Source: Vicugna vicugna (lineage: Eukaryota). From it: a stretch of DNA of 44,219 nucleotides. Made by a program: the position numbers and the translations under genes. The notes under the pieces are model-generated. The model was not told the origin of the DNA. It made no database searches and was given only the letters and a program-made list of their open reading frames with translations. Position 1 is the stretch's first letter. Every line of letters starts with the position of its first letter. Where the stretch lies: positions 62,001 to 106,219 of the forward strand of contig MU057848.1 in assembly GCA_013265495.1 (NCBI GenBank), read 5' to 3'. Of this stretch, positions 13,417 to 27,356 are shown piece by piece.

Positions 13417-14815
13417 TTTTTTTTTTTTTCAATGTTCAGTTTCCTTTAATGACCCCCATTCTCCCTGAAGGGCAGGTGCAGACAGCTAGGCGATGGCAAG
13501 AAATGTTCACTTGAAGATCTTGCCCTGATTGAAGGCTTTGCTTTGACCCCCTCCCAGGAAAAGTATTCTCGAACCAGCGTCTGGGTTTCCTCGCTTCCAG
13601 GATCCAGTTTCCGCCATGTGTACGACTCGTAGTCCACCTGCCAATCTGGACTCAGCGGAAAAGCAAGCTCCTGGCCTCGGAAGACCCAGACCCCAGAAAT
13701 GGAGCTGCTATTGTTGGTTCCAAAGAGAATGACACTGGAAAAAGGCATTCTTCCTCAGCTTGTCCAATCGCTGGAACATTCCAGTGATGAGGTTGCAGCT
13801 CATGAAGGTCTGAGTGAGCTCTTCAGGGAAGCGGTACTCGGAGTACCACAGGGACCAGCCATCCTTATCGAAGTGCTCCCAAAAGTACGGCAGCACCACA
13901 GAGAGCGTGTCCTCGTTGGAGTACTTGCGCTTAAATTCATCCAANNNNNNNNNNNNNNNNNNNNNNNNNNNNNNNGCCTTTGGCTGCCAGTGCCTGCTCA
14001 CATTCATCCATCTCCTCCTCAGGAGCGGGGGCAGCTGCCTTTTTCTCTTCTTTCCGCTCGGCCTGGGGCTTCTGCTTCTCTTCTCAAGAACCCTTCTCTT
14101 TCCATGGGGTGTCCTTTTTAGGCTGGCTCTCTGCAAACTTTTTAGCATCAGATTGAGCCATCTTCTCACAGAGTTTCACCTCCCCCAAGACAGCCCGGAA
14201 CTGGGGCTGGTTAATGCAGGTTAAAAACCAGCGGTTGGTGTTGGGGAAGGCCTGGCGGAAAGAAGGCTCCAGGACCTGCCAGGAGGCAAGAGTGGAAACA
14301 AAGTCAGTGGACGAAAAGATCCGGATGAGCTTCCGGCCAGAAAAGAGAGACTCTTGTTTCTTTCTACACCAGCATCCTCTCAGCCCCCAGAAAGCACCTC
14401 CGAGACACCATCTTTCCCCGGAGGGCTACTGCCCATTTACCTTCCAAATCTTTCTTGCAGTCCAGTCCAATGTAACGAATGCCTGGTCCCATCCTCCATT
14501 TACTATGAATCAGACTGGTAGGAGTACTTATATGGTGCCTAACTCCTTTTACAAAGCTACTTCACACCTACAATTTCATATGTCAATAAAACTTTAAAAG
14601 GTTGGGACCAGCGGAGGGCTATCAACTACTCATTTTGCCAAATAATGAAAATGATCTACACGAACTACATGGTATGTGATATACAGATGTCACCAAATTT
14701 CAGAAAGTAAATAATATTCAACAGCAAAAGGGGAGAGCCGTGGAGAAACAGCAGCCGGAAAGCGAGGACGGCATAGAAGGCATACGCACGACAGTTCGGT
14801 ATCCCGCGGCGGCCC
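13417..14815 (-). pseudogene. EEF1G: Semi-processed retropseudogene of translation elongation factor 1 gamma (C-terminal part, 3' UTR, poly-A, and ~540 bp of intron-like 5' sequence)
   Basis: The - strand translates to EEF1G peptides ([167 protein letters not shown]) over 14275-13507. ATTAAA at 13445-13450, poly-A (T run 13415-13429), and 18-bp TSD AGCTGGGATGTTATTCTT at 13399-13416 and 14816-14833. Lesions: premature TGA at 14084-14086, frameshift near 13740, deletion near 13540. Confidence 0.97.
13945..13975. other. Assembly gap (31 N)
   Basis: Run of N inside the EEF1G retrocopy, where KDPFAHLPKSTFV would be encoded. Confidence 1.
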
Positions 14816-17800
14816 AGCTGGGATGTTATTCTTGAGAGAGACTTCAGGTCCTCTCGGACGTCAGCCAAATCCTTCATTTACAGATCTGTAAACTGAGGCC
14901 CGGGGTCAGACCTAACTTGCGTGAGGTCACAAACAAGTTAGTGCGAGAGCCAGGGTTAGAACTCGGGCTTCGTGCTACTGCTGCTTTGGCACTGGGGCAG
15001 GGAGGCTGCGTGCCCGCGTGCATGGTGTGGCTGTGTCCTGCCTTTGTGTTGCACTGGCACAGCAGATCACTGCCCCTGCTACTTTGCTGGAGTGGATGTA
15101 ACCCAGATGTTTGTGGGCTGGTCTCTTCTGCTTCTTGAGCAACTTAAGATCAGCTTCAGCAGGAGCCACATATCCCAACCTGAAATCTTAGCCACGACTG
15201 GAGACGCTACTGGAAGTGGGAAAGGGGCAGGAGAGAAGCTTCCACCACATTCACAAAGCCAACTGTAAACAGACTTACCATTAGTGATTTCTTCCTTGCT
15301 GGTGCTCTGTTTCATCTCATCTCTCTGCCTCACCTCAACACACGGTCTCTGTAATCTCCACTCTTACCCCGAGCCTTTCAGCAATGGCCCAAATCTTATT
15401 GCCCTTTCTGGGTCCAGCAAAGGTTGGGAAGTTGGTCCAATGGTGCTGTTTCCCAAGCTTGTCCCTTACATGCCCCGGCTCACCTGGCCACGTGGTCAGT
15501 GCTGGAGTGTGGCTCCCAGGGGACAGGCGGGGCTGCAGATTTTTTAATTCATGCTCAAATGCATTTCCCATCTCTCAAGCCTCAAACAGCCAGACCCCTA
15601 GAAAAGGCTGAATAAACTCAATCAACCTGAAGTAGGGAGCAGGCTCAAGGTTGTGGGTGGGGTATATCTGAAATATTACCAGTCATAATTCTGGTTATTG
15701 TGATCAGGTTTCTTTATCGATTACAGTGTAATGGTATTTAACCATGCTTTCAAATCTTTTATCATTTATAGGCAGTTATTATTATCTATATAAATATATA
15801 TAACATCTATATGGCACATATGTGATATGTGATATACAGAAATAAGTAAGTCAAAGTATTTTAATGGCATTGTGGTGCTATGTGGTTAAAGCTTTTGTCC
15901 CATTCTGTATCCCCTGAAGGGCAGTTACCAGCTGTTCCAAGACCTGTTTAAATGAACTATCTTTAAAAACCATTGAAAATTAGTCAGTGCTCGCCCAACC
16001 CCCATATCATTACTCAGGGACAAAGAGCCCCGAAGTGTCTGCTTATAGGGTAAAACTGTGTTCTGCCATGCACATGTACTCTTGCCTGGCGTCTGCACAC
16101 CATCAGCTCTGTGGCTAAATATACACGTTTTCTTGTGTACTGTTCCAAACTAAGCCACTTCAGACCTGTTGGCAGAAAAAAACTCTTTCCAGGAAGGAGG
16201 CTCTGCTCTTGGGCTGACAGGTCAGACAGACCTTGTTTTCATCCGCTGATATTGGTAAGGGAGGGACTCTCTCAGGGAGCTGGGGACAATTTATACCTTG
16301 CACTATTTGGGCTCAAAGATGGGCAGGGGTCCCTGGCGCTTACTCACTGGCCCCCTCTGGTCACCCCTGGCAGCTGGGATCAATGATGCAGAATTTGATA
16401 TTTCCCCTGACAGCCTCCTGTTGGGGCACTCCCTCATGCAGAGGCTGCAGGATTGGAAGATCCTAGAAAGGGAGGATGCGGCCCCCATGCCAAATGTAAA
16501 ATGTTCCCTCTGGCAAAATGCTGGAGATTAAGGGATGATGGGAGGGACAGGACACAGGCTGGCTTCCCTAATTATTTTTCCTGTCTGCTGATAAAGGGAA
16601 AGGGTAGATGGCAATATGCAGCATTGGACTGAGAGTCAGACCCGTTTTCTGGCCTGGCTCTTCCATGACATTTTCCTATGGCTGTGGGCAAGTCACAGCC
16701 TTTCTAGGGGAGTTTCCTTCTCTTAAAATGAAGTGGTGGGACCAGTTGACCCCCAGGGTCTTTCCAGCCCACAGTTCTGCTCTCTGATTCCAAATGGACT
16801 GGTGCTGGCTCTAAAATGGCACTCCTGGAATGCGAATAGTTTTCCAGAAGCCCATGGAAGGGGTCTGCATAAAGACAGGACGTCTGGTCAAACTCTGATG
16901 AAAGCTGCAACCAGCCCCGCTGTGCAGCATTCGGAAAGAGTTGTGTGGGTTCAGCTCTTTTTCTTTATGCAGAGACCAGGCTCAGCTTCTGTGGGGTTAG
17001 CAGGCTTGCTTCCCTGACCGCCTCCTGCATCTTCGGCTTATGTGTGGAGCAGGGACGGGTCCAGACATGGGAGCGACTTTCCTGCCCAGCTGACTTTGTG
17101 GAAATCATTTGCAGACCTGAGAGAAGTGAATAATTGGCGTCCAGAAAGTAATGCACAAAGACGGTTTTGCTTTGGTGGGAGACGGTTTTAATATCCATAC
17201 TCCTGGGTTTCAGTGAAAATGGGTCTTTGGAGGGTGTAAGATCCAGGTGTAAAATTAAGAGACGGAAAGGGCAGAGTGGAGGGTGAGGGATGTGGCAGGC
17301 ACTTCAAAGTATTCAGCTTCAGAAAATACACTGTTTAAACACTGTGCTTACTCATGGATGTGAAATGGCTCCACAGGTTTGGAGCAGGGCAGGCAGGAAA
17401 GCAGGTGGGAGCTACTGGAGATCTGCAGAGGGCACGCCCTGTCCGCATGCAGTACTTCCACTCAGCTCCAAACCTGCGCTACCCACTAAGGCAGCACTAC
17501 TATTACTTGAGTCCACCTAAGTGTCACTCACAGGACATGATGACAATGGGGGTCTTGCTAATTCAAGACCCTCTGTTAGTAAAGAACGGTTCAATGATCT
17601 TCACCATATCGTCAACTCAGGGATGTTCACCACTACATTTTCAGTTCAGAGACTAAACTAGCCTTTACAGGAACAGGAAAATGAAAGAACATGGACACCA
17701 CTAGAACCCCCCAGATTCTAGTTACTCAGACTGTTAGAGTGCTACTTAGGTGCTTTTTCCTTAAGCTGATGTTCTCAAAACCAAGCCTGTCACTTAAGAG

Positions 17801-19039
17801 CTTGATAAGGATCTGGCTGCAGTCTGGGTGACTGTGAATGAGAGTGTGCATTTATGGGAAACTCAGGTCCTTTCCAAGTGCACTGGGGGCTGAATGGAAG
17901 TTACTGTGCTTTCCACAAAGCACAATTTTAATCCTGATCGCCTCAACAAATCACAAATTGTAGCACAGTACCAAAAAAAAAAATCATGTTCTGGAATTTT
18001 AAGATTAAGCAATGACAGTTCTATATTCAAAGCCATGTCATGACTGAACACCCAGATTCCAACCACTGTTGAAACAAATAAAATGTTTGCATTTCCCAGA
18101 GAAACCCAGGTGAGATGTTTAGTAAATAAATGAAAAATGCATCTTGTCTCTGTTAGAAAACACCAATTTTCACCACGGCTCTAATTTTGTTCATTATTAA
18201 AAAGGAAAAAAAAATCACCACTTAGCTGAAGGAATAGAAGACCAAAAGTAATATGAGAAATGTGCTGTTTCAGTAAAATGCTACATTGCTCAACATTTAA
18301 AATAATTCTAGAACAACCACAACCATAGTTCTGTTCAGGGCTGAGACACAAGGGAGAAGCTTGAGCCTTGGGTGGGGAAAACCTCAAATTCAGTTCATTA
18401 CAATCGCCCCCCGGCCCCTGCTGGTTCTGCATCTCAGCTCCAACTGCAGATGGATTGGTGGGATACTGCATCCGCGGATGCAGGGGGCTGAGCCAAATTT
18501 CAACTCAATGTGGTTCCATGAACTTTAACTGACCACCTACTATGGGCCAGGCTTGTGCAAGGTCCTAGAGGTCAGGCAGTGAGCAGTACAGGAATATTTT
18601 TCAATTTTGGTGTTTATAAGCACCCTGACTGGACATCTGCTATTTGCCAGCCACATGCCTGAGGTATCTCCTTCAGTCCACACAACTAGCCTAAAGGCTG
18701 GTATTACTTCTCTTTTTCAAGGAAATGAACCCCAAACCACCCAATTTGGTGAAGCTAGTTTGGCCACCAGTCCGATGGGAGGACAGTAATCCCCTCAAGC
18801 AGCTCAGCCTTTGCCTCCTGCCTCCACATCTGGGGCAGTTTCACAGGATGGGACATGAGGCTGATTAAGCTGATGTCACAGGCTTAGATCTGAGTGTCCT
18901 GGGGGTCAACTTCTCAAAAAAAAAAAAGTGTGCTTCCTGAATTATTCTGGGCATTTTCTACAGCTAATAATCTCACCAGTGCATACAACTGTTTTGTGTT
19001 TTGGTATGTGTGCTCTGGTACGTGTTTTTTAACTTTAAC

Positions 19040-19290
19040 ATTTTGTAGCAGGGAAGTTAAGTGCCGGTGGAGCTGGATTTGATACTGGAAGAGTAATCCC
19101 CCTCTGCTTGTCATTGTCACCCCGGGCAAGTTATTCAACTTCTTTAAGCCTCAGTTTCCTCACTGGTGAGAGTTGATTACCAAGATCTACCTTGTAAGGT
19201 TGTGGAGAGGGTTCTGTAAGATGCGACATTCTAATGTTTCATCACAGTGCCTGGAAGAGAGCAGATGCTAAAGCACGGAGGCTATGAGAG
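19040..19290 (+). mobile_element. MIR SINE
   Basis: 'ccgggcaagttattcaacttctttaagcctcagtttcctcac...tctaccttgtaaggttgtggagag...cacagtgcctggaa'. Confidence 0.8.
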
Positions 19291-22200
19291 TAATCACAAT
19301 ATTTATAATAACTATATAGTAGTAACTTGCATGATATTGCATTATACAATATAGCAATACATTATTATCTGTCAATCAGAACATCTAGTTCCCACACAGA
19401 GGACACTCATTTGAAGTGGAGGACCACCATCACTTGCACTAAGCTCTAGCTTTTCTGAATTGGACCGACTGTGTTTATAAATGTTTCAACACAGTGCCCA
19501 GCACCCCTCAGCTGGGACAAGCACCCTCCCCGGGGGGAGTGAGCACGCCCTGATCTGGGTGTCACGACTGTCGTCAGTTCCTTTCCCCTGCTGTCTCATC
19601 ATACTGGAAGAGGACTTTCTTCTATATTCACGTTCTGTACCTGAAAGTAGGGCTCGGAGGCAGGCCATGTCATGCCTGACCGGATGTGGCTGAATTAAAA
19701 CTACGATCAAAGTCTGGCTAATTCCCACCACTGCTTTAACTCTTGACTTTCTTTTCTCCAAACGAGGACTGAGAGGTTGCTCATTCCACAGGCTGACACT
19801 GGGGTCTAGGGAGGAAGAAACTTGGTGAGGGGTATTCATCTCTTGTTTCTTCTCATATGCACAAACCCCATTACAACTGTTTTAAAATCAAAGGGAATCT
19901 GCAGCCAAGTTCAACTCCTGAGAAGAACGTCCCAGTAGATGAGGCGTGCGACATTCCTGATGGCTCCCGAGATGTCCTTGTTCAGTCTGGGAGTCCTGGA
20001 CTCCACGTCACCTGGCTCTGTCTCTGCACGTCTGTTCAACAAGTTTGGTAAGCACCGGGCTTTAGCGCTCGATCCGCCAGAGCACCTGCTCACTTAAAGC
20101 TTTACTGTCCCTGGCAGAGTGTGCTCTTGCTTCTCAAATGGATTAAAGCATGGGCTGCCTGGACTGGCAGGTCACTGAAGTGGGTGGAGGCTGGTGGAAA
20201 GTGGAGCTTACACACCCCATCTCAGGGGGGTATGTGCTTTTCAGCCACAACTGACCACTGCAATGCAGAAATGCAGCCCAGGGTTGCCAATGCTTCTGGC
20301 TTGCCCAAGTCCAAGGCTGGAATTCTGGACTTGCACAAAAAATAGCATAAATTTTCAATATGAAATGCTGATTTCAAAGTGTAAATACTCTATTGAATTA
20401 AAAAAAAACTCATCTGAAGTCAGTAGTCTAGTTTGCAAACTCTGGTTTCAAGAAAGCTGAAAGCAGAATCATGCTTTCTGTCATGGACTAGAGTTTGCCC
20501 TCCCCCAATCTCCTAAATAATATAAAACATTTAATGAGGAGTTTTGAAAGAACAACTGTGATTAGGGTCCCCAGTTTTACCAGAGGATTGCTTCTGAACG
20601 GCCTCATCGCATGGAGATGCCCACTGCAGGCAAAGAACATGGGATCAGAGTCCCGAGACCCAGGTTCTAGTCCTTTGCTACCGCCAATGTGCTGTTGCAC
20701 TTGGCAAGTCTCCTAGCCAGGGCTAGGATAAGTGTGAGGGAAGTGGGGTGCCCCAGACACAAAGTATTAGGAGGCATAGGCCTCCCTCTAGTCCTAACCC
20801 TGCTCTTAACCTTTCCATGCCTTATCTCAACAATAAGAGCTCGTCCTAGAGACATCTAAGGTCCTCCCACAGCCAGCCGATAATAATGGCATGAAACTTC
20901 CAAAAGTGGTAAGTGACATGAATGGGAGCAGGGCTTTCAAAACAGCACACACTGGATATCTGCAGACCTGTTGGATCGATGGGGAATCTGGCCAGTACTT
21001 GTGATGTATCAAGGGCAGACCACACGCTGAGAGCACTTTCAGGATGTGTTCCTGACATCTTTGGTTTGGCATTTTGGGCAGCACATCTACTGAACTGATT
21101 TGCCGCACAGAGTCAGAAGACAGTGAGAATCTTTTCTCTTCTCCTGCAATACTACTGAAAAAAAATTAAATATTTTACTAACTAGGTTTTCTTGTTTCTG
21201 TTTCACTTGTCCATACCCTTAAACTTTTTTTCCCATTAACTATTCTTCTGGCTTAGGATGGCAGGTTGGGCAGGGAGGAGCCTGGTAAAATTGGTGAAAT
21301 GCCCGGCAGTCCTCAACCTAGCTGGCAGAGGCAAAAACCCCAGGGCGCAGAGTACGTCTACACACAGTTCCTGACCAGCCAGAGAAGTACAGTCTCGGCA
21401 TATCTGACTGCGGTTTAAGCACACCTTACTCTGGTACGACCTTGTACGTGAGCAGCCAAATATGCGGAACGAGTGGAAATGAAGGGTCCATGATTTGGGT
21501 AACAGAGGGTGGCTGGGTCATGGAAAACTAGGGCCCCTCAATTAAGAACCCTAAACTCCCTACAGAAAGCCGGGGCTGCAACTTAGGGAGGTCTAGAGAA
21601 CAGACCCCCCAAACCACTGGGTGCCAAAGTCAATGGGTGACATCCAGAAGTGAGAAAAAGTCACCTCTGGGACTAGAATGTAGGTCATGGACGAGCAGGA
21701 TGACCTTCCCTCCCCTGTGAGTTTGATTTATCTTCCACTTTGTGGGGACCCACCACTGGGTAAAGGGAATGACAAGCTCACAAGCTGTGGGAGGCTCTGG
21801 CAGTCCCCTCAGCAGGACTGTGAGGCACAGACAGCTGGCCCCGACCAGCCCTCGGGGCCAGTTCACAACCCCCTGCAGCATACGCCGGCCATGCTTCTGG
21901 GGAGCCAATGCCACGAGAGCCTTAGCAACACAGATCAGAAAGGCAGCTTGGGAGAAGGGTTAAGTACACAGGTTCTGCTGCTTGCTAGTTAAGCCACTGC
22001 TTGGCTTCTCTGAAATGGGAATTCTTCTGGAAAAGGAGGGTGACAGTAAGAGTTTCTTGGAGGGGTTGTGAGGATGCAAAGAGATAACAGATGTAAAAGC
22101 GCTGCTTTTCGTGTTGGGTGCCAGCACCTACACAGTGAAGGTCAGCTGTCATCACCTGCCTTACGATTCCTCCTCCGCAGCGGTGTGGGAGCCTTGAGAA

Positions 22201-24299
22201 GTTTTGCCTGTACTGTGCTTTCCTCCTTACTCCCTTTTCTGGCTGCCTGGAAAGGGGAGGGTGGTGGCTCTCTCCCTTTGTGTACCATACGCTGTGCTGG
22301 GCGTCCCCCCAGGGGGCCTGAGTTAAAAATGAGGTTGAAGTGGGCAGATTTCACAGTCTTTCCCAACCTTGCACAGTTCCTCACTCCTCACTGCTAGGGC
22401 TTCCAGCCCCGATTCACCTGGTAGGTTCTATTCAATGAAACCAGTGTGGCTGATCTCAGACTCGACGGAAAGGAGTTGACAGTATTACCACCCACAGAAA
22501 GGATGGAATATCAGGGTGATCCCATGTGAAATAGTTCCACTAGCAGTTTTTGTTCATACACTTAATTTTCAGAGATAATTTTCATGAAGTAATCAGGAGT
22601 CTTGTACTTCCTGCTGCCTTATGCCAGAGAGAAAACACACTCCAAATACTAGACTCTGTCTTCTTGATTTGCAGACTGCAGAAGCGTGAGATATTTAAAG
22701 ATGACCTTTGTGGAGACAGAGTGTTTTGAACTCCTCTCTGTCCATCTCTATCTCTCTGAAAAATTTATAAAGTTAATGTATGATGCTCTCACTGAGTGCC
22801 TATTTATTATTTCATTGTCAAGTTTTTTATGGTGCCTAAGTCGTGATTACAGAGAAGTATTATAAAATGTCAATGTGTAGATGAGATTTGGAAGGTCTGG
22901 GGGTAGGGCAGGGAGGTCCTTTAAATGGAGATGTCAGCTCCAGCCAATTTCAGGATGGCTTGCCATTAAGGTGGATGGTTCCAAAGCTGTGTGCCTCTGC
23001 TGGAAATTAAAAACCCATGGAATAACTGATTATCATTAATTTTAAGTACTTAGCCATGTGAAGCCAAACGAGAGTGTCTTGAAAACAAAGATTTTGATCT
23101 ACCTTTGTTTGGAATTGAGAAGATAAACTAATCAGATCCTGTGGGCTCTTTACAATGATGGAGAATGAGGACTTTCTTTTTTTAATCACAGGCTTTTAAG
23201 CTTCAAGTTTGAGAGACCTAGTGTATCTGGATTAAAAATATCTACATATTGTCATAGCAAACATCACAAAGGGGCAGTCCAATTCTGTCCTGGACAAGGG
23301 TTTGACGGAGATGAGGGCATGGTGGGGAGAAAGTTAGGGATATGAAGGGGACATCATTTAGAGGGCCCCTCCTGTGTAGTATGTAAGGCATCAAAGTTAA
23401 GGAAACAGACTCAGAGAAGCAGACTAGCCCGGCCAACGTCCCACCACATCTGGGACCCCACACCCAGGTGTGTCTGACGGTACGCCCACCCCTCTCCCCC
23501 TAGACAGCCTTCCTGGTGAGGCGAGATGATACCACTCCTGGTTTACAGAACTAACATGTGAGCTGTCAGGTCATCACAGCTGTTTCGTGGCAGCTGGTGA
23601 CTTTCATTTCCTGGTCTCTTCCCAGGGAGTTTTCTCATCCTTCTCAAGAAGAAGGTGATATGCTCCTGGCAAGCCCTTTTCCACAGAGGCTTTTTGCAGG
23701 CAGGGAAAATTGTGCCTTCCCTTCTCAGCTCCAGCCTCTTGATAACAGAAGTCCTGGGTTACTAAACTGGGGCTGGCATCCTCTCCCTAGCAGACATGGG
23801 TGTGTTGCTGGTTCCGGGGTCAGAGTTTGGGTGAGGAGAGACCATCCGTCTTAGGAATGACAACCTGACCTCTCTGGCTGTGGGTCCTGCCTTTTCTGTA
23901 CTGGGAACTCTCGGCTTTCATCTGATTTACAGCAGCCTACAGTATCAGCATCCCCTCTGACTTCCCATGACTCCTCTTGGAATCACCTTCCTCTCACACA
24001 ATGTGAAGAGGATGTCTCCAACCTGTTGCTACTGTGTGCAGGGCAGGTGAAAAGGAAGGTGGAAGGAGGACCTTCCTTTATGGATAAAGGGACATTTTAA
24101 TATATTCACTCATTTATTTATTTGACATTTATTCATGCTTCTGGAAGGCAGAGATAGGTAACCTGGTGACTATGTAATTTTTGTATTTTCAGGAGGATGC
24201 TCAACACATCCTACTGTTATCATTCTGGCTCAAACTGTACCATCAGAATTATTTTTAGAAGCAAGCAATTACAGAACATGGAAAGGGGAAGTCACCCCC

Positions 24300-24440
24300 G
24301 AGATATAGCAGCCACCCTTTTCATTTTCCAAATGAGAAAACTGAGGCTTCAAGCACGGAAGGGACTTGCCCAAGGTCACACAGCCAATTTAGGGGCCATG
24401 TCGGGACTGAACCACATGAGTCCTGGTGCAAGTTCTGCTA
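24300..24440 (-). mobile_element. MIR SINE fragment
   Basis: 'cattttccaaatgagaaaactgaggcttcaag...gggacttgcccaaggtcacacagc'. Confidence 0.8.
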
Positions 24441-24626
24441 GGCTTTATTGCCTTCCTCTCCAGGTTTCCCCAAATTAGGGACAGCTGGGAGTGTAGTTTT
24501 GGGGGAGAACTGGTCAAAATGTTTTCTTACACAATTCAATTTTAGTTTGAATGACCCCATGATGACTCCTAGCTGACTTTCCCCCAGAAATAAGGTTTCC
24601 TTAGCTAGGACCATTTGAAAATCCAG

Positions 24627-27356
24627 TATGTATTTATGATAAAAACTCTCAACAAAGTGGGTATAGAGGGAACATCTCTCAACACAATAAAAGCTGTATA
24701 TGACAAACCTACAGCCAGCATAGTAGTACTCAACAGTGAAAAACTCAAAAGCTTCCCACTAAAATCTGGGACAAGACAAGGCTGCCCACTATCACCACTC
24801 CTATTCAACATAGTCTTGTAAGTCCTAGCCACAGCAATCAGGCAAGAGAGAGAAATAAAAGGGATCCAAATTGGAAAAGAGGTAAAAGTGTCACTATATT
24901 CAGATGACATGATACTATATATAGAAAACCCTAAAAGGTCCACACAAAAACTACTAGAGCTGATTGAAGAATTCAGCAAGGTAGCAGGTTACAAGATTAA
25001 CACTCAAAAATCAGTTGCATTTCTTTACACTAATGATGAATCAACAGGAAAAGAAAGTAAAGAAACAATCCCCTTTAAAATAGCACCCGAAGTAATAAAA
25101 TACCTAGGAATAAATCTAACCAAGGAGGTGAAAGAATTATACACAGAAAACTATAAACCATTGATGAAGGAAATTAAAGAAGACTTTAAAAAAATGTAAA
25201 GATATCCTATACTCCTAGATTGGAAGAATCAGTATTGTTAAAATGGTCACACTGCCGAAGGCAATCTACAGATTTAATGCAATCCCTATCAAATTACCCA
25301 GGACATATTTCACAGAACTAGAACAAATCATAATAAAATTTATTTGGAACCATAAAAGACCTAGAATTGCCAAAGCATTACTGAAGAAAAAGAAAGAGGC
25401 TGGAGGAATAACTCTCCCAGACTTCAGACAATACTACAGAGCTAGAGTCATCAAGACAGCATGGTATTGGTACAAAAAGAGACATTTGGACCAATGGAAT
25501 AGAATAGAGAGTCCAGAAATGAACCCACAAACTTTTGGTCAACCAATCTTCGACAAAGGAGGCAAGAGCATTCAACGGAATAAAGACAGTCTCTTCAGCA
25601 AATGGTGTTGGGAAAACTGGACAGCAGCTTTTAAAGCAATGAAGCTAGAACACTCCCTTACACCATACACAAAAATAAACTCAAAATGGATCAAAGACTT
25701 AAACATAAGACAAGATACAATAAACTTCCTAGAAGAAAATATAGGCAAAACATTACCTGACATACATCTCAAAAATGTTCTCTTAGGACAGTCTACCCAA
25801 GCAATAGAAATAAAAGCAAGAATAAACAAATGGGACCTAATTAAACTTACAAGTTTCTGCACTGCAAAGGAAACCATAAGTAAAACAAAACAACCACCTA
25901 CGGAATGGTAGAAAATTTTTGCCAACGATGAAACTGACAAACGCCTGATCTCCAGAATATACAAGCAGCTCATACGACCATGTAAGAAAAAAACAAACAA
26001 CTCAATCTGAAAATGGGCAGAAGACCTAAACAAACAATTCTCCAAGGAAGAAATACAAATGATCAATAGGCACATGAAAACATGCTCAGTAGAACTAATT
26101 ATCAGAGAAATGCAAATCAAAACTACAATGAGTTATCACCTCACACCAGTCAGAATGGCCATCATTCAAAAGTCCACAAATGACAAATGCTGGAGAGACT
26201 GTGGAGAAAAGGGAACCCTCCTTCACTGCTGGTGGGAATGCAGTTTGGTGCAGCCACTGTGGAAAACAGTATGGAGATTCCTCAAAAAACTACGAGTAGA
26301 CTTACCATATGACCCAGGAATCCCGTTCCTGGGCTTATATCCTGAAGAATCCCTGCTTCAGAATGACACCTGCCCCCCAATGATCATAGCAGCACTATTT
26401 ACAATAGCCAAGACACGGAGACAGCCCAAATGTCCATCAACAGATGACTGGATAAAGAAGAAGTGATACGTTTATACAGTGGAATACTACTCAGCCATAA
26501 AAACTGACAACATAACGCCATTTGCAGCAACATGGATGTTACTGGAGAATGTCAATTCTAAGTGAAGTAATCCAGAAAGAGAAAGAAAGATACCATATGA
26601 AATCACTCATATGCGGCTATAAAAAAAATTACAAAACAGAAACAGACCCATAGACAGAATACAAACTTGTGGCTGCCAGGGGGACGGAGGGTGGGAAGGG
26701 ACTGGGATTTCAAAATGTAGAACAGAAACAAGATTGTACTGTGTAGCACAGGGAAATATATACAGGATCTTGTGGTGGCTCACAGCAGAAGAGAATGTGA
26801 CAATGAATGTATGTATGTTCATGTATAATTGAAAAATTGTGCTATACACTGGAATTTGACACAACATTGTACAATGACTAAAACTCAATTAAAAAAAGTA
26901 AAAAAAAAAAAAAGACAACATAATGCCATTTGCAGCAACATGGATGTCCCTGGAGAATGTCATTCTAAGTGAAGTAAGCCAGAAAGAGAAAGAAAAATAC
27001 CATATGAGATCGCTCATACGTGATATCTAAAAAAAAACAAAACATAAATACAAAACAGAAACAGACTCAGAGACATACAATGCAAACTTGAGGTTGCCAA
27101 AAGGGAGGAGGGTGGGAAGGGGCCGACTGGGATTTCAAAATTTGTAGATACTGACAGGCATATGCAGAATAGATAAACAAGATTATACTGTATAGCACAG
27201 GGAAATATACACAAGATCTTGTGGTAGCTCACAGAAAACAAAAGGTGACAATGAATATATGTTCATGTATAACTGGAAAATTATGCTTTACACTGGAAAT
27301 TGACACAACATTGTAAAATGACTATAACTCAATAAAAAAAGTTAAAAAAAAAAAAA
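24627..27356 (+). mobile_element. 5'-truncated LINE-1 (ORF2 RT and C-terminal region, disrupted) with two tandem 3' ends
   Basis: ORF fragments carry L1 ORF2 motifs: [31 protein letters not shown] (YADD-like), [47 protein letters not shown]. Stops and frameshifts are present. Poly-A tails at ~26890-26913 and ~27344-27356. TSD GAAAATCCAG at 24617-24626 and 27357-27366. Confidence 0.97.

Noticed and set aside
19900..20053. Possible + strand exon ending in 'tttg|gtaagc'
   Set aside because: A donor-like motif alone, with no recognisable peptide or partner exons.
25572..26120. 182-aa - strand ORF
   Set aside because: Antisense reading of L1 ORF2, a common artefact.
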